From positions 34,395,771-34,437,541 of the forward strand of contig NC_068984.1 in the NCBI RefSeq assembly GCF_001194135.2: 41,771 nt of DNA, in the 5' to 3' direction. The DNA comes from Octopus bimaculoides. Taxonomy: Eukaryota. Shown here piece after piece: positions 11,774-23,954 of the stretch (position 1 is its first letter; the number at the start of each line of letters is the position of its first letter). Position numbers and translations under genes: made by a program. The notes under the pieces are model-generated. The model saw only the letters and a program-made list of their open reading frames with translations, had not been told where the DNA came from and searched no databases.

Positions 11774-12240
11774 TGTCTATTCTTATTGAACAAATGAAAT
11801 ATTAAATGTCCATTCTTATTGAACTAGTATACTTTCTTGCATTTATGCAATCTTCAGGTTCATATGATGGTGGTGATAGTTGTGTTCATTGGTTTCAACT
11901 GTAGTTGACTGGTTAAATTTTGTCCTTTATGTACATTCCTGTTGATAGAAGTAGTAGTTACTTGGCTATGTTTAGAAATGATGCTATACTGTTCTGCAGT
12001 GTTTATTTTTAGAAATGATAGCAACTGTACTTTTTAGGGATTTTTATTATTTAGATATGTGGTTAAAACATTTAAATCTTAAATAAGATTATTTTTTATC
12101 ATTGTTTATTAAGCTTGTGTTTGAATTTATTAATAAAGTCCTTTTTTGTAAGTTTTCTCTCCATTTTATTAGGATTGTATAGTTTATGAAATGGAAATAT
12201 TATAAATATTTTCCGGCCACATGTTGCTAGGACTTCTGTT
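11774..12240 (-). mobile_element. 3' remnant of a Penelope-like element: GIY-YIG endonuclease C-terminal tail followed by a hammerhead-bearing terminal region
   Basis: ORF 12099-12326 ends CGRKIFIIFPFHKLYNPNKMERKLTKKDFINKFKHKLNKQ*, resembling the recalled PLE endonuclease tail pattern (C-G-x3-F-x-IFPFYK...R-x2-KE-x2-FI-x-KFKP-x-LN). A fully paired hammerhead lies ~240 nt downstream on the same strand. Confidence 0.55.
11820..11862 (-). ncRNA. Minimal type-I hammerhead ribozyme, canonical core
   Basis: Minus strand: TGAAC-CTGAAGA-TTGCA(TAAA)TGCAA-GAAA-GTATAC-TA-GTTCA. Stem I is 5 bp, stem II is 5 bp, stem III is palindromic, and the CUA cleavage triplet predicts a cut between 11825 and 11824. 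Confidence 0.85.
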
Positions 12241-12594
12241 TCAAGAGGTGGAGATACGGATATGATAGTTGACCATATCAATATCAATATTATACATAAT
12301 TGGCTAGTATAAAGGAGCATACGCATTTGTTGATGCAGCGCTCGACATACAAAAGTGGAACTGACTGTCTGTGAGCCAATCGTTCACGCGTGTTTGACAA
12401 TGAATTGCGATGGGGAGTTTTAATATTAGCTGAATTACCTTTTTTTAGAAAGCCTTTGTGTGTGATTAACCGTTAAGTTTCTGCGCGCGCATGAGTTATG
12501 GTATGTATTCCCCATTCAGCTTCATTGAATTGCGCGTCCTTAAAGAAGAATTCTTGCAGCAGTAATGCTGTTTCGTCATTGTTATAGATCTTTT

Positions 12595-12993
12595 TATCTT
12601 TTATTTCTTACTTGTTTCAGTTATTAGTCTACGGCCATGCTGAGACACCGCCTCGAAGAATTTTTAGTCGAATGAATCGACCCCAGCACTTATTTTGTTT
12701 TAAGCCTGGCATTTATTCTATCGATGACTTTTGCGAAACTTCTAGTTTACGGGGGCGTAAACACAACAACGTCGGTTGACAAGCAGTGGTGGGGGACATT
12801 CTCAGACAGAAAGACAAACACACGCTCGCACACACGCACAAATACACGCGCGCACACACGCAGACACACACACGTACACACACACTCACATGTAGATATA
12901 GTAGAAGACACCTACCCAAGTTACCACATAGTGGGACTGAGCCAGGAAACCTGTGGTTGGGAAGCGAAGTTCTCACATACCAGACCCTGCACC
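12595..12993 (-). mobile_element. SINE family B, internally deleted
   Basis: Reverse-complement homology to 2391-2755, plus a tRNA-like head at ~12900-12993 (ggctcagtcccact...cttgggtaggtgtcttctactata, CORE-like). Confidence 0.75.
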
Positions 12994-13936
12994 TATGCTT
13001 ATGTATGTTGTAAAAGATCTTCTTGAGCATGTGTAGGATATTGAGCATGTGTAGGAAACAGAATATGTGTAGGAAATTGAAGGCTTGGTACATGATGGCT
13101 ACCTTCATATGTGGAACGTTGATATTCAAGTATTGAAATATATCTTCAAACTCTCATTTCGGTAACGTGATTTAAGACTTTTACTATAGCCCAGAGCCAA
13201 CCAATTCCTTGTGGATGAATTTGGTAGACGAAAATTGTGCAGAAAACATTGATATATACATGCCTCGTACCTGAATTAGCAGTTCAGTAAAACAACACCG
13301 TTGAATAAATAGCAGATTTTGATAATAAATCATGGGATCGATTTATCCGAATAAAACCGTTTAAGGCAGAACCGTAGCAAGGCTGCATTTCACTGATTGG
13401 ACGAAGTGAAGGATAATATATATATATATATATANNNNNNNNNNNNNNNNNNNNNNNNNNNNNNNNNNNNNNNNNNNNNNNNNNNNNNNNNNNNNNNNNN
13501 NNNNNNNNNNNNNNNNNNNNNNNNNNNNNNNNNNNNNNNNNNNNNNNNNNNNNNNNNNNNNNNNNNNNNNNNNNNNNNNNNNNNNNNNNNNNNNNNNNNN
13601 NNNNNNNNNNNNNNNNNNNNNNNNNNNNNNNNNNNNNNNNNNNNNNNNNNNNNNNNNNNNNNNNNNNNNNNNNNNNNNNNNNNNNNNNNNNNNNNNNNNN
13701 NNNNNNNNNNNNNNNNNNNNNNNNNNNNNNNNNNNNNNNNNNNNNNNNNNNNNNNNNNNNNNNNNNNNNNNNNNNNNNNNNNNNNNNNNNNNNNNNNNNN
13801 NNNNNNNNNNNNNNNNNNNNNNNNNNNNNNNNNNNNNNNNNNNNNNNNNNNNNNNNNNNNNNNNNNNNNNNNNNNNNNNNNNNNNNNNNNNNNNNNNNNN
13901 NNNNNNNNNNNNNNNNNNNNNNNNNNNNNNNNNNNN

Positions 13937-15086
13937 GGGTCATCCCATAAATACTGCGTTTTTCATTTGCATGAACTGAAAGTCGGTGGGGAACATGATA
14001 AACTACTTGCATCAACTTGCTACAAACGCAGGTAGTGATTTTACCTTATCCTTATTCTTAGTGAAGGTTTGGAAGAATGCAGTTCGATTTGAACAGTTAT
14101 GTTTTTAAAGCTGAAATGAAAGTGACAAAAGAGCATATTCGGCACATTTTGCTTTATGAGTTCAATAAAGGCAACAACGCAATGGAAAGTGCGAGGAATA
14201 TTAATGCAGAATATGGGGATCGGACAAGAAAAGTAAGCCGGTATCAACAGTCGTTACAAAAATTTCGAACCAGAAACTATAGCCTAGGGGACGACCTTCG
14301 TCCTGGAAGATCTTCAGAGCTCGACGAGGACATCCTGCAAACTCTGGCGGAACAAAATCCCATCGTATCTGTTGAGGAACTAGCAGAGAAGCTTCCATTT
14401 GATCATTCAACCGTCCATGGACAGCTACGTGCCATCGGAAAAGTTAACAAATTGGGAAAATCGGTTTCTAATCGAGCGCTGAGAGAGATTGCGTGCTCTT
14501 CTTTGCTGTCACGTCTCACAAATGAACCTCTTTTAGACCGAATAGTGATTGGTAACGAGAAACAGGTTCTCTATGAAAATGTCAAGCGCCGAAGAATGTG
14601 GGTAGGGACAAGAGAAACACCAGCACATTAGGCCCAAGAAGACCTTCACTAACGTAAGGTGTTGTTATCTGTTTAATAGCATATGAAAGTTTTAATCCAC
14701 ATTGAACTTTTAAACCGAAACCAAATGTTAACAAAGGAGATCCAATGCGAGCAGCTTGAGGGGTTAAGTCAGCGCTTGAAGGAAAACGACCAACTTTCGT
14801 TTCAAGACGAAAGATGTTCTTCCATCAGGATAAAACTCGGCCACATACAGCGACGATGACAATCCAATAGCTGGAGGATTTTCAACGTGAAACGAAACCT
14901 ACGCACCATATTCGCCGGGTATTGCCCCATCGGATTATCATTTTTTCCGCTGTCTTCAAAATCATATGGCCGGAAAAAATTTGAATTGTATAGACGAAGT
15001 CACGTACAGTTTTTCATCACGGATAAGTTTACCAGATAGATAAAAGAGCATTGCCGAAAATGGTATTTATTTATAGGATGACTCAA
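13937..15086 (+). mobile_element. Mariner (DD34D) DNA transposon with a pseudogenised transposase
   Basis: ORF 14077-14631 has the HTH region (EHIRHILLYEF..G...GRS.ELDED.L) and IVIGNEKQVLY, where the first catalytic D is mutated to N. Downstream broken frames give FFHQDKTRPH and YSPGIAPSDYHFF, with 101 nt between D2 and D3 (34 codons minus 1 nt). TIRs: gggtcatcccataaata (13937, abutting a gap) and tatttataggatgactcaa (15068-15086) followed by TA. Confidence 0.93.
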
Positions 15087-15116
15087 TATATGTATGCATG
15101 TATGTAAATATATATT

Positions 15117-15339
15117 CTTTTATTCTTTTACTTGTTTCAGTCATTTGACTTCGGCCATGGCGGAAGACCGCCTTTAGTCGAACAAGTCGACTCTAAGGTT
15201 TATAATTTCTGATACTAGTACTTATTGTATCGAAATCTTTTTGCCGAAACGCTTGGTTACTGGGACGTAAACACACAAACATCGGTTGTCAAGCGATGGT
15301 GGGGGACAAACATAGTCACACAAGCATATACATTCATAT
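15117..15339 (-). mobile_element. SINE family B 3' portion, cut by an assembly gap
   Basis: tcttttacttgtttcagtcatttgacttcggccatgg...aagcgatggtgggggacaaac is the reverse complement of 2560-2755. Confidence 0.8.
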
Positions 15340-15953
15340 NNNNNNNNNNNNNNNNNNNNNNNNNNNNNNNNNNNNNNNNNNNNNNNNNNNNNNNNNNNNN
15401 NNNNNNNNNNNNNNNNNNNNNNNNNNNNNNNNNNNNNNNNNNNNNNNNNNNNNNNNNNNNNNNNNNNNNNNNNNNNNNNNNNNNNNNNNNNNNNNNNNNN
15501 NNNNNNNNNNNNNNNNNNNNNNNNNNNNNNNNNNNNNNNNNNNNNNNNNNNNNNNNNNNNNNNNNNNNNNNNNNNNNNNNNNNNNNNNNNNNNNNNNNNN
15601 NNNNNNNNNNNNNNNNNNNNNNNNNNNNNNNNNNNNNNNNNNNNNNNNNNNNNNNNNNNNNNNNNNNNNNNNNNNNNNNNNNNNNNNNNNNNNNNNNNNN
15701 NNNNNNNNNNNNNNNNNNNNNNNNNNNNNNNNNNNNNNNNNNNNNNNNNNNNNNNNNNNNNNNNNNNNNNNNNNNNNNNNNNNNNNNNNNNNNNNNNNNN
15801 NNNNNNNNNNNNNNNNNNNNNNNNNNNNNNNNNNNNNNNNNNNNNNNNNNNNNNNNNNNNNNNNNNNNNNNNNNNNNNNNNNNNNNNNNNNNNNNNNNNN
15901 NNNNNNNNNNNNNNNNNNNNNNNNNNNNNNNNNNNNNNNNNNNNNNNNNNNNN

Positions 15954-16178
15954 ATTCAGCATGACAGTATGAGACGGCTGACTCTTTGAATTACAGGCAC
16001 AACAGAAACAGGAAGTAAGAGTGAAAGAAAGTTGTGGTGAAAGAGTACTGCAGGGTTCGCCACCATCCCCTGCCGGAACCTCGTGGAGCTTTAGGTGTTT
16101 TCGCTCAATAAACACTCGAAACCGCGATCCTATGAACACGAGTCCGCTGCCCTAACCACTGGGCCATTGCGTCTCCAC
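15954..16178 (-). mobile_element. tRNA-derived SINE (family C), cut by a gap
   Basis: Minus strand head GTGGAGACGCAATGGCCCAGTGGTTAGGG; body aligns with 36367-36600 in the opposite orientation (taaagctcca.gagg.tccggcaggg...gtactctttcaccacaac). Confidence 0.8.
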
Positions 16179-16226
16179 ACACACGCGCGCGCGCACGCAC
16201 ACACGCGCGGGCACACACAGACACAG

Positions 16227-16280
<54 letters not shown>

Positions 16281-17987
16281 TCGTTTATATTCAACGATCC
16301 TCAGTATGTGTGTGTAATGTTTGTATGTGCAAAAACGAATCGACGAATTAAAATATTTTACAAATATTTAACAAATATTTAACTGACGTACATTCGGGGC
16401 CAAGGACGTCTATTTTGTAAGTGTATACGTGTACTTAAAATTGATGGAGGTGGTGAGGTGGAGTGGGAATAATCAATTATTAATCACATTTAGTTCTTGT
16501 TTTTTATAATGCGTTGCCAGCTTCTAGCTATCTAGCTACTTGCATACGTGCAAAAGTGCATATCCGTACCACGCATCACTGAGTTTATATCGCGATCAAA
16601 AGTCACGAGCATTAGCATGCAGAATAACAAAAATCAAATAAAGTAAACGAAAGAACAAAAATGCTTTACTCTGGATCAATGTCTTTCCATTTTTTTTTTT
16701 TTTTTAAATTACAGCATATCCAACATATTCAATATTGACTGAAGAAAATGGAGTGAGTGAAAGAGAAGGAAAGAATAAGATAAGAAGAGGGGAAAAAAAA
16801 AAGGATGTAGGAAAGAAGGATGAGCTGAAAAAGCGAGACTGAGTGAGAAACTAACTTGCGAACATTTAGCTGCGATGTGTATCGTATTAGTAACACAAAT
16901 TTGTCAACTCTGACGATGATGTCAGATTTGCTTTTCTAAAATAACATCAACGTAAAATTTAAAAAGAGAACTAGGGAGAGGAACAGAGAATAACAAGGAG
17001 AGAAGGTATGTTTGTGTGTTTATATGAGAGAGAGAGAGAGAGGAGGAAGGAGTGTGAGAGAATGAGAGAATATAAATCAATTGATGCCAAACGATATGAA
17101 AGTTACATATTGACAAAATATATTGACATATAAGTTCTTTAGCAGAGTTCCGATGACGTCATTGCCTCCAACAGCTTCCTTTCTGTTAGAACAAATTAGC
17201 GTTCCGACAATTCGAAATCCAATGTTCCATATGTAGTGAAAACGTCAGTTGAAAATAACATTTCAAGCCACATTTTTATACACCTTTTAAAAAAATTTCT
17301 TTTTTAAACATTCTTCTAAATATATCATTAGTTTATTTTTAAAACTTAATAGTGACACAAAGTATGACATCATGCAAAGAGACTGAGCAACGCTGAAAAG
17401 TCTCTCTGTGGACTACCTTTTTACATGAAGTGACTAATTTAATTTAGAAATTTATTCATGTGGAGTAAACGCTAGCTCGCTATTTTCCTAGAAACACCTC
17501 TTATCAGCGCATACTATTATGTTAAATATATCTCGTAAAATCTCAACATAATATAGTTCCAGATTATATAATTAACTAATTAATTCATATACTTTATTAT
17601 TCATCGTACGGTTATTCATTTTCAAACTACGAATGACATTCCTAGAGGAATTTTCTAAATATTACATCGCTGTTTTCCTAACAGTTTGATCACGGCGTGT
17701 CATCAGATACTTTGTTTGCAGATATGTACGAAATAGCCAATTGGTTTCAAAATAGAATCCCTTTTTACATAAATAATTAAAAAAGCTCACTATTAATGAC
17801 TTCTATAAGCAACAGTGATAGTAAGCATTAGTTTACAAAACCATAGAATTGTAAATTTGGTTATAAAATGAAGATATTATGTAAGCTATTTCCGCCGTTA
17901 TCGAAAAGGTGCAAACGAAAAACGCTTCCAGATAGTTTTCTATCCATGAGGTCTGTATTATTCTGTATTAAAAAAATATTGTTTAAC

Positions 17988-18425
17988 TTTCAATTGTTTC
18001 ATTCATTAGCCAGCAGCCATGGTGGGGCAGCACTTTGAAAGACTGTAGTGGAATGAATTGACAGCAGTAATTATTCTATCAGTCGCTTTTTTAAAAACCG
18101 CTAGGTTATGCAGACGTAACCACAGCAACACCGGTTGTCATGCAGTGAAGGGGGACAAACAGACACAAATACGCACACATACACAAATACATCCATATAT
18201 CCATATATATATATATATATATATATGAGTGTGTGTGTGTGTGCGTGCGTGTGTGTGTGTGTGTGTGTGTGTCTGTGTGTGCTTCACGTTCCGTCAACGA
18301 AACCCATTTACAAGGCTTTGGACTGCACCGAGCAATAATGGAAATCACCTGCCCAAAGTGCTACGCGATGGGATGAACCCGGAAGTATGTAATTGGCCAA
18401 CAAACTTCTTACCACACAGCCATGC
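17988..18425 (-). mobile_element. SINE family B, diverged near-full-length copy
   Basis: gggggacaaacagacac, internal (TA)/(GT) repeats, caaggctttgg...cctgcccaaagtgctacgc..gggatgaacccgg...cttaccacacagcca; same layout as 12595-12993. Confidence 0.7.
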
Positions 18426-18776
18426 ATGAACTTTAATATTTACTCACATATAATCACACACACACACACATTCACACGCACATAGACATAATGCATATAT
18501 TTATATACACACACACACATATATATATACATGTGTGCATGTCTGCATGGAAGTAAGCATGAATGTGTATGTGTGTCAGTGTGTGCGCGCGCGCGTGTGT
18601 GTGTGTGTAAGTATACATATACTTGTATGTATACAGTGCATCAGTTACTCAGTGACCCAAAATTTCGCAGTGTACCACTTTGCACACAGCATGTTTCCTT
18701 TTGAAAATTGCTCTATGCCTTACTGTAGCTTGCGATGTTTATTCTCCGTTAATGAAAATCTCTGACACATACGCAT

Positions 18777-18809
<33 letters not shown>

Positions 18810-20040
18810 TGCACATGCACACACACACAGATGCATTTACACAGACATACATACACATATGTAGGTATGGAAAGGGGAATAAATTGCTCGCCATTTTCCG
18901 GTAATGGATCCTCTTAAAACGTTTCTTTCACAACCCGCGTTTTAAAACGCATACTCAGTTACTGTTTAGTACTTGGACAGATATTGTATTATATTATTAT
19001 TGTTGCCATTTTCCCCCATGTGAGCTTAAACCGCGTGACAGTTTTAGTTTCCTGATTGAATTCAAAGCCCCTCACTTACGCCGTTAATGGTCTTCCGAAA
19101 GACAACCATTTGAAGAAAACTCATTCCATTCCTCTCTAAAATTTTGGTTTTACGTTTAATGAAAATTATCATGTTTTTGCTGTTGTTTTGATTCTTCCGG
19201 TGATCAATATTTCTGCAGCCTGTTCAGTTCATGACCGAAATCATACTGCGTCACTTAAACCGCTCATGCACATGCTCAAGATAATTAACGTGATAAATAC
19301 ATATTCTCAAAAAAGTCTTAGACTTCTCGATTCCTTATTGAATGCAATGAACTCTCTGAGAATAATTTCCAAATATATTTGTAAAAGGAAATATAACTTT
19401 TGTAGATAGATGCTCCCTATTGATAACAGTTTGTAGTGTATTACCCCCACTACGCTCCCTCTCTCTCTCCATACGCACACACATACACTCACACACACAC
19501 GGAATATAGTTACTAGCATATGGTCCCCTAGCATGTGTTTGTAGTGATATACGGTGTAACTATTCGATTTTAAATCTAGAAAGGCCACCATCACGCTATG
19601 GCTGATATAACAGTCCTCTTAGGGAGTGAAAGGGAGAAAGTAACACAGAGAAGAACTACGAAAGAAAGAAGCGCGTCTATCACCGTTTCCGTACAGTATT
19701 CATCAGGATTAAAACAGTACGTCGAGAGCGAAAACGAACATAGTAAGGCATCATATCCAGTCCATCTGACGCCCTAAGCATGTATGTATGTATGTATATA
19801 AATTTATAATTAATTAAAAAAAGAACGGAGAAAAAGACAAGACAACAGCGTGAGGACGTAGGACTTGTGCAGTATTAATAAGACGCTCAGAGAAAAAAAA
19901 GAGTGGTTGTGGAAATTCCAAAGGAAAGAGAAAAAAGAAAAATCACCAACAATACAGGTGTAGTTACATTTTTGAAGTGATTGGAAGTAGGACAAAGTGT
20001 AAGTGCTTTCTGAGACAGGAGAGTGTGAAGAATGGTTTGT

Positions 20041-20046
20041 ATTTGT

Positions 20047-20111
<65 letters not shown>

Positions 20112-21082
20112 GTAGTCTGTGTAAGTGTGTGTGTGTGATACAGTGTATATGTATCAGAGCGTGTGTGTATATGTAGCAGTAGCTGAGTGTGTGCGAGCGC
20201 GTGGTAGTATGTGTGCGTGTGGTGGTGACTGTGTTTGTAACGTCGTAGTGACAGATCAGTGTGGATGGGTGGGTGTGGTGGTGTGTGTGTATGTGTCTTT
20301 CTAGCGCTTGTGCGTAGAAGAAATGGTGTGGAGTGACACGGGGCTGAAAGGTGTGAAGGTGTGAGAGGCAGTCTAAAGCAGTCCGAAGAGTATGTGCATG
20401 GGTGGATGTGGATGTCCGCTCATGTGTGTGTGCGCGCGCGCGCGTGTTTACGTACGTTTCTGCGTGCGGGCGCGCGTGTGTGTGTGTGTGCGTGCGTGAA
20501 AAGGAGAAATGTGGGTGCGTTGTCTGAAGAGCTTGTGAATGGGTGGGTGTGGCTGCGTGAATGGGTGAGGGTGACTGTGTGTGTGTGTGCATGTTGGTAC
20601 GGGTACGAAGACGGAGTGGGAATGTGTATATGTGTGTGCACGTGTAAGGGTGTGTGTGTGTATCTATCTTTGTGCGTCATTCTGTCACGGTGTTCCTCTC
20701 TGAATAAATGTGTATGTCTGGACCTACCTCTTTGTGTCACTCAGTTGCTCCCTCTCTCAAGGCATATATATTTGTGTGTGTGTGTATGTGTGTGTGTATG
20801 TGTGTGTGTTTGCGCGTGTGTCTGTGCGCGTGTACGTCTGTGTGTGTATATTCGTGCAAGTGTGTGTGCTTGTGTGTGCTTGTGTGTGCGGGTGTGTGCA
20901 TGTGAATATGTGTGTGTATGTGTGAGCGGGTGAAAGGTGTGAGGTGGTGTGTGCGTGGTTGCGTAGGGTATGTGTGGGTGTGCGTATGTATGCGCGTGTG
21001 CGTGTGTATATATGTGTATGTACATGCATATATGCATGTATATACACGTATATATATGTATGTATATATGTATGCATGTGTG
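20041..21082. repeat. ~1-kb degenerate GT/GC/TA low-complexity tract
   Basis: Alternating purine-pyrimidine sequence; source of the H/T- and C/V-rich spurious ORFs. Confidence 0.9.
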
Positions 21083-21369
21083 ACAATATATATCATTTTG
21101 CGAACATTGGCTCTCGAGGCACATCACTTAAAGTTATATATAATACTATCTATGTATGCTATTGGTAAACAATTTCCGATATATGTATTTAATTATAACA
21201 TCATTGTTAAAGATTTCCCTATTATTTTGTATTTTTCTTTCTTTTGTTTATAGCTCAAACACCCCCCCCCCACACACACATACACACACACGCGCACACA
21301 CACGCGCACACACACACATACATAGATACATATTTACTCACATATAAATACATATATAAGTAGATAGAG

Positions 21370-21521
21370 CAGTAGTACCCAACCTTCTCACTACCAAGGA
21401 CCTCTTTTATTTAAATGAGTTTTTATACATCCACCTTTTAATATTTATATAAATGAAATTATTAATTTAGTTTGACGAACACCCTGCATTTCCTTTGCGG
21501 ACCACAGGTTGAGAACCACTG
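21370..21521. mobile_element. hAT (Charlie/MER5-like) MITE, 152 bp
   Basis: TIRs cagtagtacccaacct and aggttgagaaccactg; 8-bp flanks agatagag/agatagat (7/8 match), as expected for a hAT TSD. Confidence 0.8.
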
Positions 21522-21536
21522 AGATAGATAGATAAT

Positions 21537-21598
<62 letters not shown>
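21522..21598. repeat. (AGAT)n microsatellite
   Basis: Directly visible; starts at the right TSD of the hAT MITE. Confidence 0.95.
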
Positions 21599-23546
21599 TA
21601 CATACTCACCCACGCTTATACGTACTGTATGTGTAAAATCACTATATGTTTTAACAATCTAACAATGTCAAGCTATCAGAAAACATGAAACGTCTACATA
21701 TGATATCTATGTAAAGATTGTTTACATTTTATACATTATGAAATACCAATAATCGTTATTTTTAGAATATATCACAGTGATTGATTTTTAGAGGCGTTAG
21801 GGCGTCAGTATTTATTTCAATTTCTGACATTCGTAGTTGAACCCCTTTTCTAGATTTTTACTTGCCACTTTTTCTGAGATAGATAACATTATGCACCAGT
21901 TAAACATCGCATTCAAGGTAATTGACTAAACATTTCACCGCTAAATTTCTGACATTGTACCTATGTAAGAAATCTTCATCCTCATTTCAGAATAAATTTA
22001 GATAACAGATTTGAATTACACAAATTATTTTGTAAAAGAACGTTAAAGGGCAATAGCAACATTACACGCCTGCATGGATTTTCATGAGATGAAATGAAGC
22101 CATTATGTCGATTAAACACGTGATCGAAGAACAAATAGGATACAGGTAACCGAGAAATATTATCAAGGAAGTTTTGATTATTTAGCGTCCATCGGGCACA
22201 TTCGAAACGCGTTACTTCCTCGTGTGTTATCGATTGCAGCAAATACATTTTGCTTGGTCGTAATAGAGATAGTTATTCACAGGGAGATGTCACATGCTCT
22301 ACGCATTTAACAGCAATTCGGAAGACCGAATACATGTGTATTTCGTACTTTTTGCAACGGATTTGTTTCCTTCATTTTACCAATTATGCTCGACACATAC
22401 ATATGTGTCAGTATCTTGGTGGTGTTAGTATCTTGCTTCTCTGACTTACGCCTGCGGGCGTACAATCTTCCGAAAGAAGTTGACATTATAGTAAGAGAGT
22501 AGAGAATAGGGTGAGCAAAGACAAGGCAAAACAAAATAAATAAATAAATAATAAATAAGGGGAAATGTGTTGTGAATTAAAGTAAAATATACGAGGATTT
22601 ACTATCTAAAACGAATAGTTATGAACAGAGGGGAAGAGAGTGTGGAAATGATTAAAAAGGATAAAATAGATAAAGAAATTAGATAGATATAGAATTAAAT
22701 GTAACAGATAGTTATAAATAAAGGGGCGGAAGTAGTTCAAGTCGCAACATTGAGATATAAATGAGACAGATACAGAGTTAAATATAAAGATCCAGTAATA
22801 TGGGCGTAAAGGAAGAACGAGAGATAAAATAAAGTATAATACAATAGTCTATCTATCTATCTATCTTCTGTAAATAATATTAGTTTTGATCATTCCGTTG
22901 CAAATTTTCGAAATAAAACTCTTCGAAGAATATGTGCAATTGATCAAGACTTTCGATTTCCAGTTTAGTTAGAATTCTCTTAAAAACAGGTTGAAACAAT
23001 TTTTGATTAAGCCCAACAGGTATCTCAGCGAATAGCATTGAATCACATGCTCCTGTGGATTTGTATTTTTCCAAGATTGTATTTTGAAAGAAGCAGAACC
23101 AGTTTCTTTTAAGTGTCAGATATGTTAAATCAATACGTTGATGATCTGTTTTGCAGGTATGGAAAGGAAATTTTGGGAAGTTCTAATTTTGTAGCTGTAT
23201 TCAGCGGGTCAAGCGCAAGTTGAATTATTTAAATGAGCCTTCGTTCTATAAACAACTTCTTAGCTCCCATACTTATTCTATGCAAATATCGCCCAATCTT
23301 AACTCTCAACAAATCTTAATATCACTATCTATAAGTAACTTTGAACGTTACTTAACACTTAAGATATCCTTGTCCTATTTCTGTGATCTCGTCAATGACC
23401 CATTTGTTTTCAACCTCTGAACAGCCACGTTTATTAGACGATATAATTGTTCATTCCTTTATAACCTTACACAAGCTTAGTCCATTTTAGACACTTCATG
23501 AACAGAACGTTGAAAACAGCCGCTAATAAGATAAATACTGGCGATA

Positions 23547-23592
<46 letters not shown>

Positions 23593-23675
23593 TATCGCCA
23601 GTAAATCGATCGTCAGTAAATTGTAAATCCGAAAGAGAAGTACACTCTAAGTATATAAAGAATGTATATAAAGAA

Positions 23676-23859
23676 TGTTAGTTACTGCCGGTTCATAGGG
23701 TTATCCATCGATTCGCGCTCATAAGCCCTTAGCTTTGCGCACATCTCGTGAGATCCTATTAGGGTTCTGACCCATTACGGTCTGACGAGCAGGGTGTAAA
23801 TCTAAGCGCTTTATGGGAGCGAAATACTAAGTAACCCTATGAACCGGCCATAACTAACA
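23676..23859. mobile_element. Fold-back MITE, 184 bp, unclassified
   Basis: 28-bp TIRs with 26/28 identity (tgttagttactgccggttcatagggtta / taaccctatgaaccggccataactaaca); weaker inverted similarity continues ~30 bp inward. Confidence 0.7.
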
Positions 23860-23904
23860 ACCTCTCACTCTCTCTCTCTCTCTCTCTCTCTCTCNNNNNN
23901 NNNN

Positions 23905-23954
<50 letters not shown>

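Noticed and set aside
13023-13076. 18-bp unit repeated about three times (ttgagcatgtgtaggata)
   Set aside because: Ordinary short slippage repeat next to a SINE head; no further structure.
22307-22534. ORF MSTSFGRLYARR followed by GTAAGT as a first coding exon of another gene
   Set aside because: No promoter or downstream exon support; kept only as a weak microexon candidate.
23782-23840. CTGACGA...GAAA inside the fold-back MITE
   Set aside because: No register gives both a paired stem III and a UH site, and the region is explained by the TIR.
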